Shown: positions 1-12,397, counted from the stretch's first letter. The stretch: 64,000 nucleotides of DNA from Eledone cirrhosa (GCA_964016885.1 OZ024740.1:70184001-70248000), one strand, 5' to 3'. Translations and numbers: made by a program. The notes: generated by a model from the sequence alone, not told the origin.

Positions 1-243
1 ATCTCGAAAATTAAGGACATTTAAATAAATCTAAGGTAAAAGACTAATTGTCAACAATATCTTTTGCATTTGCATTCTTTATTCTATGTCCATACCTGCA
101 TTGTTTTTGCGTTATTATACATATAGAAACGTTTATACCTCATTACACAATGCTTCAAGTGAACTATAACCTCCTCCTATATATATATATATTAAAATAG
201 AAATATTAATAAAATAGATGTTCCTGTGATCAATTAAATTGTA

Positions 244-288
244 TTATACATATTTCAGAGGTACAACAGTACGTCCTCATCAGATAAA
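244..288 (-). ncRNA. Degenerate hammerhead ribozyme-like core
   Basis: Minus strand reads CUGAUGA-GGACGUAC-UGUU-GUACCUCU-GAAA-UAUG-UA. Stem II pairs 7/8, but stem I is not in register. Confidence 0.4.
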
Positions 289-1397
289 ATAAAATGATAC
301 CTGACATACCCTGAGATGTTAAATGATTAAGATTAATCAGGGTAGACTGTAGAGTGCTTCCAATCTACTATAAAACTCATTCTTTGATGTACTCATTGAA
401 TCTTGTTTAACTCTTTAATATATATATATATATATATTGCAGAAGAATGGTGTTTATCTTATGTATATATACGTGTGTGTTTATATATATATATATATAT
501 ATACAAATGTTTATATGAATATATCTCTGTGTGTATGTACGCATGTATGTACGCACACTATTTTATCTATATACGTATTTGGGTGTTCGCGCATGCGTGT
601 AACGTTTGATTACATCGTGGAGAAGTTGATGCTAGAACTAAATACCCATAAATAGAATAAAATGGAAAAAAGTAAATGAAACTAACCACAGTAAAAAAAA
701 TAATCGATAAAGCCTAAGCTCTTGGACGTGAAATGGGGACCAAAAATCTGTTCTTGGTCTATTCACCTTGAACCACACTTTTAAAATATCTTAACGACAC
801 TGGTTTAAAGGTGAAACTTAAAAAGCTTTTACCACTGTCTTCCTATGGTAAATTACACAAGAAATAACATCATAAATAAACAACAATGAAGGCAATAAAT
901 TCCGAATGTACAGGAAGCAACAAGAAACTGTCCACTGTCATTGTTGTTGTTGTTGCTGCTGCTGCTATTAACATTTTGTTTCTTCTTTTTTACTAGCTAT
1001 CATGTCTTAGCCGTGTTGAAATACATGCAGTAGCAGCAGCGAGTTGATTACTAACACTAGAGTACCATATAAAAACCTTCAATCAAAAGAGAAAAGCTTC
1101 TAATTGGTCGGTCGACATGCTATAAATGGCAGCTAAATTTCCATTAAATCCCACTATACTCTCTTAGCCAAGGCAAGACTCATTAGCTAATATAGTTGTA
1201 ACCATACTGCGACCGATTAGAAAACCTGGATGGTCACCGCTAGCCCTTTAATGCTTTTAGCAAATTCCGCTGTTGCCAGCATTCGAGTCGAGTCTTCGGT
1301 TTGAGAATACCTTCCAATCTGGGGTACCAAAACATACAAAATATACAATGATAAAAGAAAACTGATCACCATTAAGCGGAAGTCTGATATGGAGCTT

Positions 1398-2562
1398 CAC
1401 AACAACAGATTCTAAACAGCACAAAAGGAAAGGACACAACAACAGATTCTAAACAGCACAAAAGGAAAGGACACAACAACAGATTCTAAACAGCACAAAA
1501 AGAACGGACACAACAACAGATTCTAAACAGCACAAAAGGAAAGGACACAACAACAGATTCTAAACAGCACAAAAGGAAAGGACACAACAACAGATTCTAA
1601 ACAGCACAAAAAGAACGGACACAACAACAGATTCTAAACAGCACAAAAGGAAAGGACACAACAACAGATTCTAAACAGCACAAAAAGAACGGACACAACA
1701 ACAGATTCTAAACAGCACAAAAGGAAAGGACACAACAACAGATTCTAAACAGCACAAAAGGAAAGGACACAACAACAGATTCTAAACAGCACAAAAAGAA
1801 CGGACACAACAACAGATTCTAAACAGCACAAAAGGAAAGGACACAACAACAGATTCTAAACAGCACAAAAAGAACGGACACAACAACAGATTCTAAACAG
1901 CACAAAAGGAAAGGACACAACAACAGATTCTAAACAGCACAAAAGGAAAGGACACAACAACAGATTCTAAACAGCACAAAAGGAAAGGACACAACAACAG
2001 ATTCTAAACAGCACAAAAAGAACGGACACAACAACAGATTCTAAACAGCACAAAAGGAAAGGACACAACAACAGATTCTAAACAGCACAAAAAGAACGGA
2101 CACAACAACAGATTCTAAACAGCACAAAAGGAAAGGACACAACAACAGATTCTAAACAGCACAAAAGGAAAGGACACAACAACAGATTCTAAACAGCACA
2201 AAAGGAAAGGACACAACAACAGATTCTAAACAGCACAAAAAGAACGGACACAACAACAGATTCTAAACAGCACAAAAGGAAAGGACACAACAACAGATTC
2301 TAAACAGCACAAAAAGAACGGACACAACAACAGATTCTAAACAGCACAAAAGGAAAGGACACAACAACAGATTCTAAACAGCACAAAAGGAAAGGACACA
2401 ACAACAGATTCTAAACAGCACAAAAGGAAAGGACACAACAACAGATTCTAAACAGCACAAAAAGAACGGACACAACAACAGATTCTAAACAGCACAAAAG
2501 GAAAGGACACAACAACAGATTCTAAACAGCACAAAAGGAAAGGACACAACAACAGATTCTAA
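1398..2562. repeat. 37-bp minisatellite, 31 full units plus one partial, two variants
   Basis: Unit CACAACAACAGATTCTAAACAGCACAAAA(GGAAAGGA or AGAACGGA), head-to-tail with no spacers. Confidence 0.97.
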
Positions 2563-2861
2563 CCAAGACGAAAAGGCAGAATCTCGACATGGGCGAGCGG
2601 ATAGCAAAAGGATCTTGAGAGGAAGAACTTCCATGAAGTAAGTGGTTCGTCTCTTGAACCCTCCTGAACCTCTAAGGGAGCTGGGCTGAAATAAGTCATG
2701 ACTGTCAGGTATCTCCTGTTGTTTTTACACCCCCCTCCCCTCTAGTGGAACATGGACCGGGGACCTTCCGCTGATCTTATTTTTCCCATTCTTGTGGTTT
2801 ACACCACATGGCCTCGAAGACCATCGATAGAATTGACACATAATTTAGAGTGAAACATGTA

Positions 2862-3084
2862 AAATAATTGTTTCTACTTTAGGCACAAGGCAAGCAATTT
2901 GAAGGGGAAGGGAAAGTCGATTAAATCAACCCCATTGCAGTATTGGTGCTTTATTTATCGACTCCGTAAGGATTAAATGCAAAACTAACCTCGGCGGGAT
3001 TTCAACTCAGAACGTAAAGGGCCGTAACTCTATGCCGCGAAGCATGGTGACCGACGCTCTACTGATACTATCAATCCACCGCCC
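2862..3084 (-). mobile_element. tRNA-derived SINE (family A, long form)
   Basis: Reverse complement has a degenerate A-box-like head, a B-box-like GAGTTGAAATC, a diverged core (CCTTACGGAGTCGATAAATAAAG) and the 3' end GCCTTGTGCCTAAAGTAGAAACAATT shared with many copies in the window. Confidence 0.85.
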
Positions 3085-3185
3085 TACATATAAAATAATG
3101 GATCTACCTAACAATAAAATTAACCATATATAAATAATCAACATTTCATTTGGGGTTATAAAAAAGGAACGTGTCTTCGTCGGAT

Positions 3186-3450
3186 GTCTGTAAAAATAAT
3201 TGTTTCTATTTTTGGCACAAGGCCAGCAATTAACCAGTACATTACTGGTACTTTATTTTATGTGTCTGTAAAAATAATTGTTTCTACTTTTTGGCACAAG
3301 GCCAGCAATTGCCCAGTGTATTACTGGTACTTTATTTTATCGACCCCGTAAGGATGAAAGGCAAAGTTAACCTCGGCGGGATTTGAACTCAGAATGGCAA
3401 GGGCCGTAACTCTATGCGTCAAAGCATGGCGTCCGACCATCTACCGATAA
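3186..3450 (-). mobile_element. tRNA-derived SINE (family A, short form) with a tandemly duplicated 3' end
   Basis: Same core and 3' end as the other family A copies. A ~77-bp segment is duplicated (3186-3260 and 3263-3340). Confidence 0.8.
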
Positions 3451-4326
3451 TGAGTTCAATTAGTTAGTTCCGCCTGTCCCCATTGAGAATCGAATGACAA
3501 GAGATTCCTACCCTGCTCAGTAGTAAGCCTGTTTACAAGCCTGCATCCAGGTAAGGTCCATGTCCACTAGGTGCTCCTCTAGATCCCTCAACAAAGCCTA
3601 GATGGGTTAATTTCGCCTCCTAAGACAATCCTTCTAGCTTCCATTTCCACTGGTCTTTTTGTGTGTATGCGTAGTACCGATAAGAATACTTTCTTTTAAA
3701 TAGTCGGTGAAATATGCGCAGATTAGTGTTAGAGACACATTCTTTTAATAATTAGGAGGGAAATGAATGGCAGAATGTCTAATAAGACAGACATATTAAA
3801 ATAAATACGTACATATATTTTGGATTAGTTCTTGTGTAGCAATGGATTAGTCCAGGGAAAGGGCATTGAACCTAAAGCTATTAAATCATGGAAGAGACAT
3901 TTCAGCGATTCCAAAATACACGTACTCACGAACACACACACACGCACGCACACACACAAAACTATTAGATTCACTTTGCATTTATCATTTTTTTCATGGT
4001 GTCAAGATTTTCAACGCGTTCCTTGGGACGTAATCAATGACACAGTTTCACAATGTAATTCTTCATATATATAGTCATATATGTTTCTTTTATTCATTCC
4101 AATCATTAGACTGTAGCTATGCTGGGGCATTGCCTTCAAGAAAATTAACGAATCATATCGAGACCAGTGCCTATTTTTTCGAGTCGCCTACTTATTTTAT
4201 CGAACTGCTAATTTACATGTCATAAACCTGAACGCAGATACAAAAGTAGACACATACACAAAAGTAAACATAGACATGGATGTACATAGACATAAATATA
4301 TGTATGTATATATATATACATATTTA

Positions 4327-4832
4327 TATCATCATCATCAGGTCGAGCTTGCTCGGCCTTCTACGACACTTTTCCTCCATCCATCTCTGTCTCTCATAGC
4401 GTTTTGCCAGTTCTTCCGCAGTGCATCCAGTATCGTCCTCAAGTTGCTTGACGCATGTCTTCTTGGGACGACTAGCGTTTCTTGCTCCATGAGATGGACT
4501 CCATAACAATACATCGCCTGTTATTTCTTCCTTGCTGCGCCAACAGTGGCCAGCAAATCTGAGTCTCTGTTTACGTATTGACTTGCTGATAGGTGGTATA
4601 TTGACATAGAGATCCTTATTTGTTGGGTGTGTAGCTTTTTCTCCAGTGTTGACGTTAGCGTCCAAGTGATAGAGCCATAAACAAGCACAGATTCCACAGC
4701 AGCTCTGAAGAAATTCCTTTTCAGTTTGGCCGGCAGGTTTGATTTCCATATTTTTTCCATTGCATTCAATGCTCCCCAGGCTTTTCCTAGTCTGATGTTA
4801 ACATCATGTTCTGTGGAGGCGATATAGCACCA
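4327..4832 (-). mobile_element. RTE-type LINE, 3' part (post-RT region, frameshifted) with (GAT)n tail
   Basis: Translates [48 protein letters not shown] and RKQRLRFAGHCWR. A TCATCATCATCA tail lies at about 4329-4340. Confidence 0.85.
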
Positions 4833-4834
4833 AC

Positions 4835-5440
4835 AGATCAACATCAGGGCAAATACTTACTATTCGGCGTATCTTGGAAGGCGGAAAAGCCAAAAACCTC
4901 CCTCCAACTCTCCTGATTATTGACTTTTCAAAAGCATTCGATTCCGTCCATCGTGGGAGGATGAGAGAGATACTTCTAGCCTATGGCTTGCCAAAGGAAA
5001 CAGTAAATGCCATCATGATGTTATATAAAAACACCCGCGCAATGGTGCGCTCACCTGATGGAGATACCAACTTCTTTGACATCATTGCAGGAGTACTCCA
5101 AGGGGATACTCTTGCACCATATATTGTTATCATCTACCTCGACTATGTATTGAGAAAAGCCCTGGACGGAAACTTAGAGCTTGGTTTCACACTCAAAAAG
5201 CGAAAGTGTAGACGCCATGCAGCTCAGAAAATCACCGATGCTGACTATGCGGATTATTTAGCGGTCCTCGCTGACTACCTTAAAGATGCAACATCACTAC
5301 TTCACAGCATTGAATCAGTTGCAAAGGAAATCGGACTCTATGTCAACGCAGGCAAAACAGAATATATTTGCCTGAACCAAGACTCCTCAGTTGGTATGCG
5401 AAGTCTAAACGGTGATATAATCAAGCAAGTTGACTTCAAA

Positions 5441-5446
<6 letters not shown>
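4835..5446 (+). mobile_element. RTE-type LINE reverse transcriptase segment (inverted 5' part of the same insertion)
   Basis: RT motifs IDFSKAFDSV, GVLQGDTLAP, YADY (mutated YADD), NAGKTE and DFKYL, running into (TA)n. Confidence 0.9.
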
Positions 5447-5518
<72 letters not shown>

Positions 5519-5587
5519 GAACAATTTGAACAGGGACAGAACAGAGAGGCAGTACAATAAATGTTTATTAAATTCACGCTCAGGAGA

Positions 5588-5647
<60 letters not shown>

Positions 5648-5671
5648 ATATATATATAGTTACAACAACAG

Positions 5672-5770
5672 AAGTCTGATGAACTTTTAATTCCAGTATC
5701 GGGCCCGATCGACACAGATCGAACCTTGAGCTGATTAATCGCGAAACGCACGTCATACCTCAATAAATGT
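5672..5770 (+). ncRNA. Hammerhead-like motif with long stem II (homologous to 44566-44660)
   Basis: CTGATGA at 5676-5682, GAAA at 5743-5746, then CGCACG-TC. Stem I is weak. Confidence 0.45.
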
Positions 5771-5796
5771 AATAATGAAAATATGACACCTGATCC

Positions 5797-5842
<46 letters not shown>

Positions 5843-5845
<3 letters not shown>

Positions 5846-5930
5846 CGGGCTTCTACAGTTTCCATTGACGAAATTTCACTCACAAAGCATTATTCAACCC
5901 GAGGCTATAGCAGAAAACACTTGCCCAAGT
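5843..5930 (-). mobile_element. SINE 3' fragment (CORE-like CTTGGGCAAGTG motif)
   Basis: Reverse complement reads CTTGGGCAAGTGTTTTCTGCTATAGCCTCGGG...GGAAACTGTAGAAGCCCGTC, followed by (TA)n. Confidence 0.55.
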
Positions 5931-6477
5931 ATTTATATTCTTTTTTTTATAATTTTTAAACAAATATCTATAATTCTGATATGCTTTATTGGATTTTGAG
6001 ACAAGCCAGCCATTTTGATTATTTTATTTGCTTTATTTTTTCACGTAATGGTTTTGTGTCAAGAAATAACTATAAAGCTATAAATCAATCGGTAGGAATG
6101 TACAATAAAACTGAAGTGGTTTGACAGTGATGCCGTTGTTAGTTGTCAGTCGTGAAAGGTTTATTTCATTGTGATGCTTTGTTATGGAGGTGAATTAGCG
6201 AAATTGTTAGAGCGTCTACAAGATGCCAAGCCGAATTTATTCTGACTCTGTACGGCACAAGGTTTCACACCACCACTCGGTCCTTGGTGACTTCAGCCGA
6301 GTTCACTCTGATGCAAACATTCGGGCCATGTCTCCGATTTGAAGAGGATTGAAAAAAATATGACCACAGATGGAAATAAATGAATCACAGGCATTGCACT
6401 TTCTTCTGACTGTACACTAAAAAAAAAAACCCCAAAACGGATTCTCCCTACGATCACTTTCAAAAATTATTCGAAAA

Positions 6478-6780
6478 GGTGCGTGGCTTTGTGGTTCTAG
6501 CTGCTTTTGGTTTGAGATCGTAAGGATGTGAGACCGATTCCCAGCAACACGTTTTTTCAAGATATTCTAGTTTTCTCAGATGGGAAAAATGAATTGTATC
6601 TGTTTTTCAAAAGGCTAGCTTTGTCACACATTCTTTCGCGCTAAATCCCTCTGAGAATTATGTTAAAGGTACATTTGTTTTACGAAATGCTCAGCGATTT
6701 CCACGTTAAGGCTGTTTCACGAGCAGGTTATTCCGTTGATAAAACAACTGGAACACTCGTCATCTGAAGCGATGGTGGTC
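6478..6780 (+). mobile_element. Old tRNA-derived SINE (family B)
   Basis: Degenerate tRNA-like head. The body resembles 8640-8915 (-), 15205-15500 and 17125-17465. Confidence 0.55.
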
Positions 6781-7122
6781 CAGCATTATCAAAGAAGTCA
6801 CGTCGACATGGAGTCTACTTCAATGGAAGGCTGACAGTTTATTGAACAAATTGTACAAGTGGTATGCTAATAGTGGCGCTTTTAAAATCTGGTTTTATGA
6901 CAATGACGATGTGGTGACAGTACTTATGACGGTGATGTAAATAATTGTGGTGATAATAGTGGTTTACTGATCCTCTAATATTATTTGGCCCCATTGGTTT
7001 ATTTTCTGAGCGCTATACGTGTGTGTGGTAGTCGTAATTTGATAATGAAGATTTAGTTTTATGATGCATCCTGGTAGTGGTGTGACGTGGTTAGTGGTGA
7101 TGATAATAAAATAGCTAGTAAC

Positions 7123-7125
<3 letters not shown>

Positions 7126-7203
<78 letters not shown>

Positions 7204-7222
7204 ATAGTAGTAGTAGTAGTAG
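7126..7222. repeat. (TAG)n microsatellite
   Basis: Direct reading. Confidence 0.95.
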
Positions 7223-7611
7223 TTTAATGGCACTAATGACCGCTAGAACTGTTGGAGGTCTTGGAATTAGTGATGTTATTAGGCGGTGGTAATAAAAGTA
7301 ATGGGAATGTTGGGTATGGTAGTGAAAGAGCTGGTGATGTGGTTCACAATTATAAAATGGTGGCAGTATTAGCAGTGATGACAGCAGTAACGCCATTACG
7401 GTAACTCCAGTTCTTAAGCAGCTGCTTCTATAGCATGAGGCTTGAACCAACGAGGAAGCTCCTACGGGGTCGCATGATATACTCTATACATCAACCATAG
7501 CACTTTCAAATCACATCCTACTGTTTTACAAATTAAAAAAAAACCTCATTGGAGCGAACGAAAGAACGTGATATTTATCATTGACGTGGTGTGTATGTAT
7601 GTATTGACCAC

Positions 7612-7830
7612 TACATACATACATACATATGCACATGCACACATATAGCTCAAAACATCCACATCCACACATACAATAACATACATACCTACACACATGC
7701 ATGAATGCAGACATGCATACATATCTACCTAGTTGATGTGTAAATTCCAATGAGAGAGTCGTGCATCTACGTGAGAAACCGTCTCTCTCTCTATTGGCAA
7801 AAATTTGTGAAATCATAAAACCATAAGAAC
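7612..7830 (+). mobile_element. R4/Dong-like retrotransposon, 3' UTR-only copy
   Basis: Similar to 11810-12002 (AAATTCCAATGAGAGAGT...GAAACCG.CTCTCTCTCTATTGG...AAAACCA.AAGAA), with CATA repeats on both sides. Confidence 0.8.
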
Positions 7831-7980
7831 ATACATAGAAACAAACAAACAAACATAAAAACATACATACATACATACATACATACACACATACATACAT
7901 ACACACATACACACATACATACATACATACATACATACATACATACATACATACATACATACATACATACATACATACAT

Positions 7981-8587
7981 GGTGGCTGCCAACTCGTTTT
8001 CGAGTACGGCCACTACTTTATATCCATGTAGGAGAACGCCTACCGATGCGCTGACGAGTGTGACTTTTTAGTCCAGCCAGCGACTTGAAAACTCTGGTAC
8101 AAACACTACACTTGTGACAATTATTGACACATAGTGCTGGGCCCATGGTACCATGTGACGACAAGTGCAGAGAGATCTCCAGATATAAAGCAATGCCTGT
8201 GCCGTGAAGCTTTTATAGTGAGCAAAGGCACTGCACAAAGCCAGTCCCACTCTCTTAACCAAGATGATATTTACCAAAAAGAAGAACAAGTCAATATCAT
8301 TGGATACCATCAGGGTTGCAGGTGTTATATCAGAGTTTTCCTTCTCCTAGAATTCTGCCTTGACAAAGGCTAAGGGATCATCTCTCCCGGTGATTTTGGA
8401 TGGCCATTGACTCTTAAGAGCTCCTTTGCCCTTTGACAGGTTTTGTTTTTAGTCCTGCAGGATGTCCAAAGTCACCCTCCTCACCAAGAAACCTTGGTGG
8501 GGTTGCCAGTTTAGTCGCCAACGACCCGACCATGGGACAGGTTGTACTGGAATACATGTTACCAGTAGCACCAAGTGGTGACCTGAC
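7981..8587 (-). mobile_element. Non-autonomous RTE-like element (structured 5' region, short 3' end, (ATGT)n tail)
   Basis: No ORF. Contains GCCTTTGTCAAGGCAG..CTAGGAGAAGGAAAACTCTGA, which I recall as RTE 5'UTR-like. Near-identical copy at 9102-9508; fragments at 8998-9060, 28430-28515 and 54805-54940; relative at 54015-54320. Confidence 0.6.
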
Positions 8588-8639
8588 ATACATACATACA
8601 TACATACATACATACATACATACATACATACATACATAC

Positions 8640-8915
8640 ATAGGAAGAAAGGAAAGAAGCAAGGAGGAAAGCACTCCGTCGGTTACGACAACGAGTGTTC
8701 CAGTTGATCTGATCAACATAACAGCCTGGTCGTGAAATTAACTGGCAAGCTGCTAAACATTCCACAGTTACGTGTACAATAACATAATTCTCAGGGAGAA
8801 GGTCGGTCATTCGAATTACAAGTAGATCTAATTTTTGCCAGTTGAGTGGACTGGAGCAATGTGAAATAAAGTGTCTTTCTCAAGGACACAATGCGCCGTC
8901 GGGAATCGAATTTTC
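8640..8915 (-). mobile_element. tRNA-derived SINE (family B, CORE-like)
   Basis: Reverse complement has B box TTCGATTCCC followed by GTGTCCTTGAGAAAGACACTTTATTTCAC. Confidence 0.65.
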
Positions 8916-9101
8916 GGGTTATAGCTACTGTTTCCCATAGAGTGGATTTGGCTCAGTGCACAGTCTATCCTCATTTTAAAAAAAATATTTCTATGTCCTC
9001 GACCACGCGACAGGTTGTACTGGATTACATGTTACCAGTAGCACTCAAGAGTGACCCGACATACATACATACATGCATACATGCATACATGCATACATGC
9101 A

Positions 9102-9508
9102 TGGTGGCTGCCAACTCGTTTTCGAGTACGGCCACTACTTTATATCCATGTAGGAGAACCCCTACCGATGCCCTGAACGAGTGTGACATTTTAGTCCAGC
9201 CAGCGACTTGAAAACTCTGGTACAAACACTACACTTGAGACAATTATTGACACATAGTGCTGGGCCCATGGTACCATGTGACGACAAGTGCAGAGAGATC
9301 ACCATATATAAAGCAATGCCTGTGCCGTGAAGCTTTTATAGTGAGCAAAGGCACTGCACAAAGCCAGTCCCACTCTCTTAACCAAGATGATATTTACCAA
9401 AAAGAAGAACAAGTCAACATTATTTGATACAATCAGGGTTGCAGGTGTTATATCAGAGTTTTCTTTCTCCTAGAATTCTGCCTTGACAAAGGCTAAGGGG
9501 TCATCTCT
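9102..9508 (-). mobile_element. Second, 5'-truncated copy of the 7981-8587 element
   Basis: Nearly identical to 7981-8387, flanked by CATA/CATG repeats. Confidence 0.75.
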
Positions 9509-9568
9509 CATACATACATACATACATACATACATACATACATACATACATACATACATACATACATA

Positions 9569-10177
9569 CATAATATGAAAAAATACTGGTGGAATGTTCC
9601 AGTCAAAAGCCCAATAAAATGCAAATATAACAGACCAGATACGAGATAAGGAAAAGAAGCCATGCACAGTAGTGGAAGTTAGCTATAGATAAGGGAAAAT
9701 GAGAATATCTATACAGAACTAATGAGAGACCTGCAGATACTACACCCTGACTATACCTTCAGATTTATACCTGTGATTATTGAGACACTGGGATATATTA
9801 GTAACTGCCTCAGTACAAATCTTGAGAAGCTAGGCTTCACAGAAACAGAAAGAACACGACTAGTTAGGAAATTGGAAGTACAATCCATTAATGGAAAAAG
9901 TAAAAATATGTATAACATTCCAAAAATGTTGCATCTAATAACTGCATATACACTTGTACAGATAAAAAGCATAAACATATGCACATATATAACTCAAAAC
10001 ATGCACACCCACATATACATTAGCATACATGCCTCTACTCACATACATACATGCAGACATGCATACATATCTACCTAGATGATGTTGATTAAATTCCAAT
10101 GAGAGAGTATTGTATCTATGTTAGAAACCGACTCTCTCTCTATTGGCAAAAATTTGTGAAATTACAAAACCAGAAGC
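9569..10177 (+). mobile_element. R4/Dong-like retrotransposon, 5'-truncated copy
   Basis: Homologous to 11378-12002 (MRDLQILHPDYTFRFIPVII..LGY), with (CATA)n on both sides. Confidence 0.88.
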
Positions 10178-10212
10178 ACATACATACATACATACATATA
10201 TACATACATACA

Positions 10213-12002
10213 TTGTGGACGATCTGAAACTCTATGCCAAGAACATGGATGGGATGAAGAAAAATCTTGACCTGGTTACAACGTTCTCAAAGGATATAGG
10301 AATGGGGTTTGGCCAAGATAAATGCTCATACATGACTGTAAAGCGGGGAAAAATAACAACCCAATCTAGCAACATTGTCATCAATGGTTTAACTGTTTCA
10401 CCGATATCTTATGAGGACTGCTACAGATACCTGGGGATAGATGAGAACATATCCTATAATGGTATCTGTAATACAGAACGCGTAACCAGGGAATACTACA
10501 CCCGATTAAGAAAGATCTGGTCATCGGAACTCTCTGCGCAAAACAAAACAGTGGCTCACAATGTGTTTGCTGTGCCTGTCCTAACACCAACGTTTGGAAT
10601 ACTCAATTGGACGATAGACGAGATCCGAGCAGTTCATGTTGGAACTCGAAAAATACTGAACAACACCGGAAACTTCCACATCAACTGTGACATAGACCGC
10701 CTTTACTTGAAACGTAAGCAGGGAGGCAGAGGGCTAACATCAGTCCAGACAACATTTAAATGTCGCATCATATCTCTCCGACAACATCTACGAACCTCGA
10801 AGCGTAGGAGCCCGCTTCTCGAGCAAGTCTATCTGCATGAAACAGATAAGATCATGAGAGTTGGGAAGGAACTCCTTGAGAGATATTCCCTGTGTGATAA
10901 TCAAAACTCACATCCAGGGATGTCGCTCAGCAGTATCGCAGTGAATCCATGGATAAAAAACTGCATGCCTATCAGCAAAAAATCATGCATGGATATGTTG
11001 CCAGGAAGCTCCAGAGTGAGAGTAATATAGATAAGGAAAGTAGTCTATATTGGACCAACAACCGCTATATTGTCTCCCACTTTGAAGGATACGCTTTTGC
11101 AATCCAAGAACAGGAGATTAGCACGAAATACCTGATTCACAAAAGAGATAGGGATGCAGGCAAAACACCTAGATGTGATAACAAGTGCAGACTCTGCAGA
11201 ACTAACATCGAGGATATCACCCATGTCATCAGCAGCTGTCCAAAGATGTCATCGCGGTACTATATACCTATGAGGCATGATGTAGTGGCCAAAACACTGT
11301 ACAATGCAGTTCGTAAAAAAGATAGCCCCGATAATAAACACATTAAAAGCTACAACAATGTGGAAGACATCCATGTACATAATATGAAAGAGTACTGGTG
11401 GAATGTTCCAGTAAAAACCCTAATAAAATGCAGGCATAACAGACCAGATATTATGATATGGGACAAGGAAAAGAAGGCATGCACAGTAGTGGAAATTAGC
11501 TGCCCAGCAGATGCCAATATAATATCAAAGATTAGCGAAAAGGAGAATCGTTATGCAGAACTTATGAGAAATCTACAGATACTCCATCCTGATTACACCT
11601 TCAGATTTATGCCTGTGATTGTTGGGGCACAGGGATATGTTAGTAACTGCCCCAATACAAATCTTGAGAAGCTAGGCTTCACAGGAACAGAAAGAACACA
11701 ACTAGTTAGGAAACTACAAGTACAATCTATTAATGGAACAGTAAAAATATGTAAAACATTCCAAAATGTTGCATCTAATTACTACATATACACATGTACA
11801 GATACAAAGCATATACACATGCACACATACAACTCAAAACATACACATCCACACATACAATAACATCTACATGCATGTATGCATACATACATATCTACCT
11901 AGTTGAAGTTGTGTAAATTCCAATGAGAGAGTCTTGTGTCTATGTTAGAAACCGACTCTCTCTCTATTGGTAAAACTTTGTGAAATTATAAAACCAGAAG
12001 AA
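10213..12002 (+). mobile_element. R4/Dong-like non-LTR retrotransposon (RT C-terminal half, CCHC finger, restriction-like endonuclease), 5'-truncated with one frameshift near 10910-10950
   Basis: Motifs VDDLKLY, YRYLG, RLYLKRKQGGRGL, AIQEQ, CRLC..ITHVISSC, RHD, RPDI..VVEISC..KENRY match the R2/R4/NeSL RLE group. Confidence 0.9.
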
Positions 12003-12397
12003 CATACATACATACATACATACATACATACATACATACATACATACATACACACACACAGACGCGCATATGATACACACTCAAGAGTAATCATGCATCA
12101 CCTCCATGCACGTACGTGCTCACGTGTGTTTGTACCAGAAAAAAACATCTCCACTTATAACATGAGTGTAAATATATTTTTTTTAGGTAGAGTGTCGAAC
12201 AATTGCTTTGTAGCATACGTTCTGAGATCCTATCAGGCCATGGTTAGGTTTGCCTTTCATCTTTACAGGCTCCATAAAATAAAGTACCAGTAATGCACTA
12301 GGGTCGATTTAATGAATTTCCTTCAAACTGCTGGCATTGTGACAAAAGTAGAGGCAAATGATTATTAGTATCCAAGCTAGCGTCCAGCCCGTTTTTG

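Noticed and set aside
1398-2562. CRISPR array (37-bp repeats)
   Set aside because: Units are contiguous with no unique spacers, there are no cas genes, and the context is eukaryotic.
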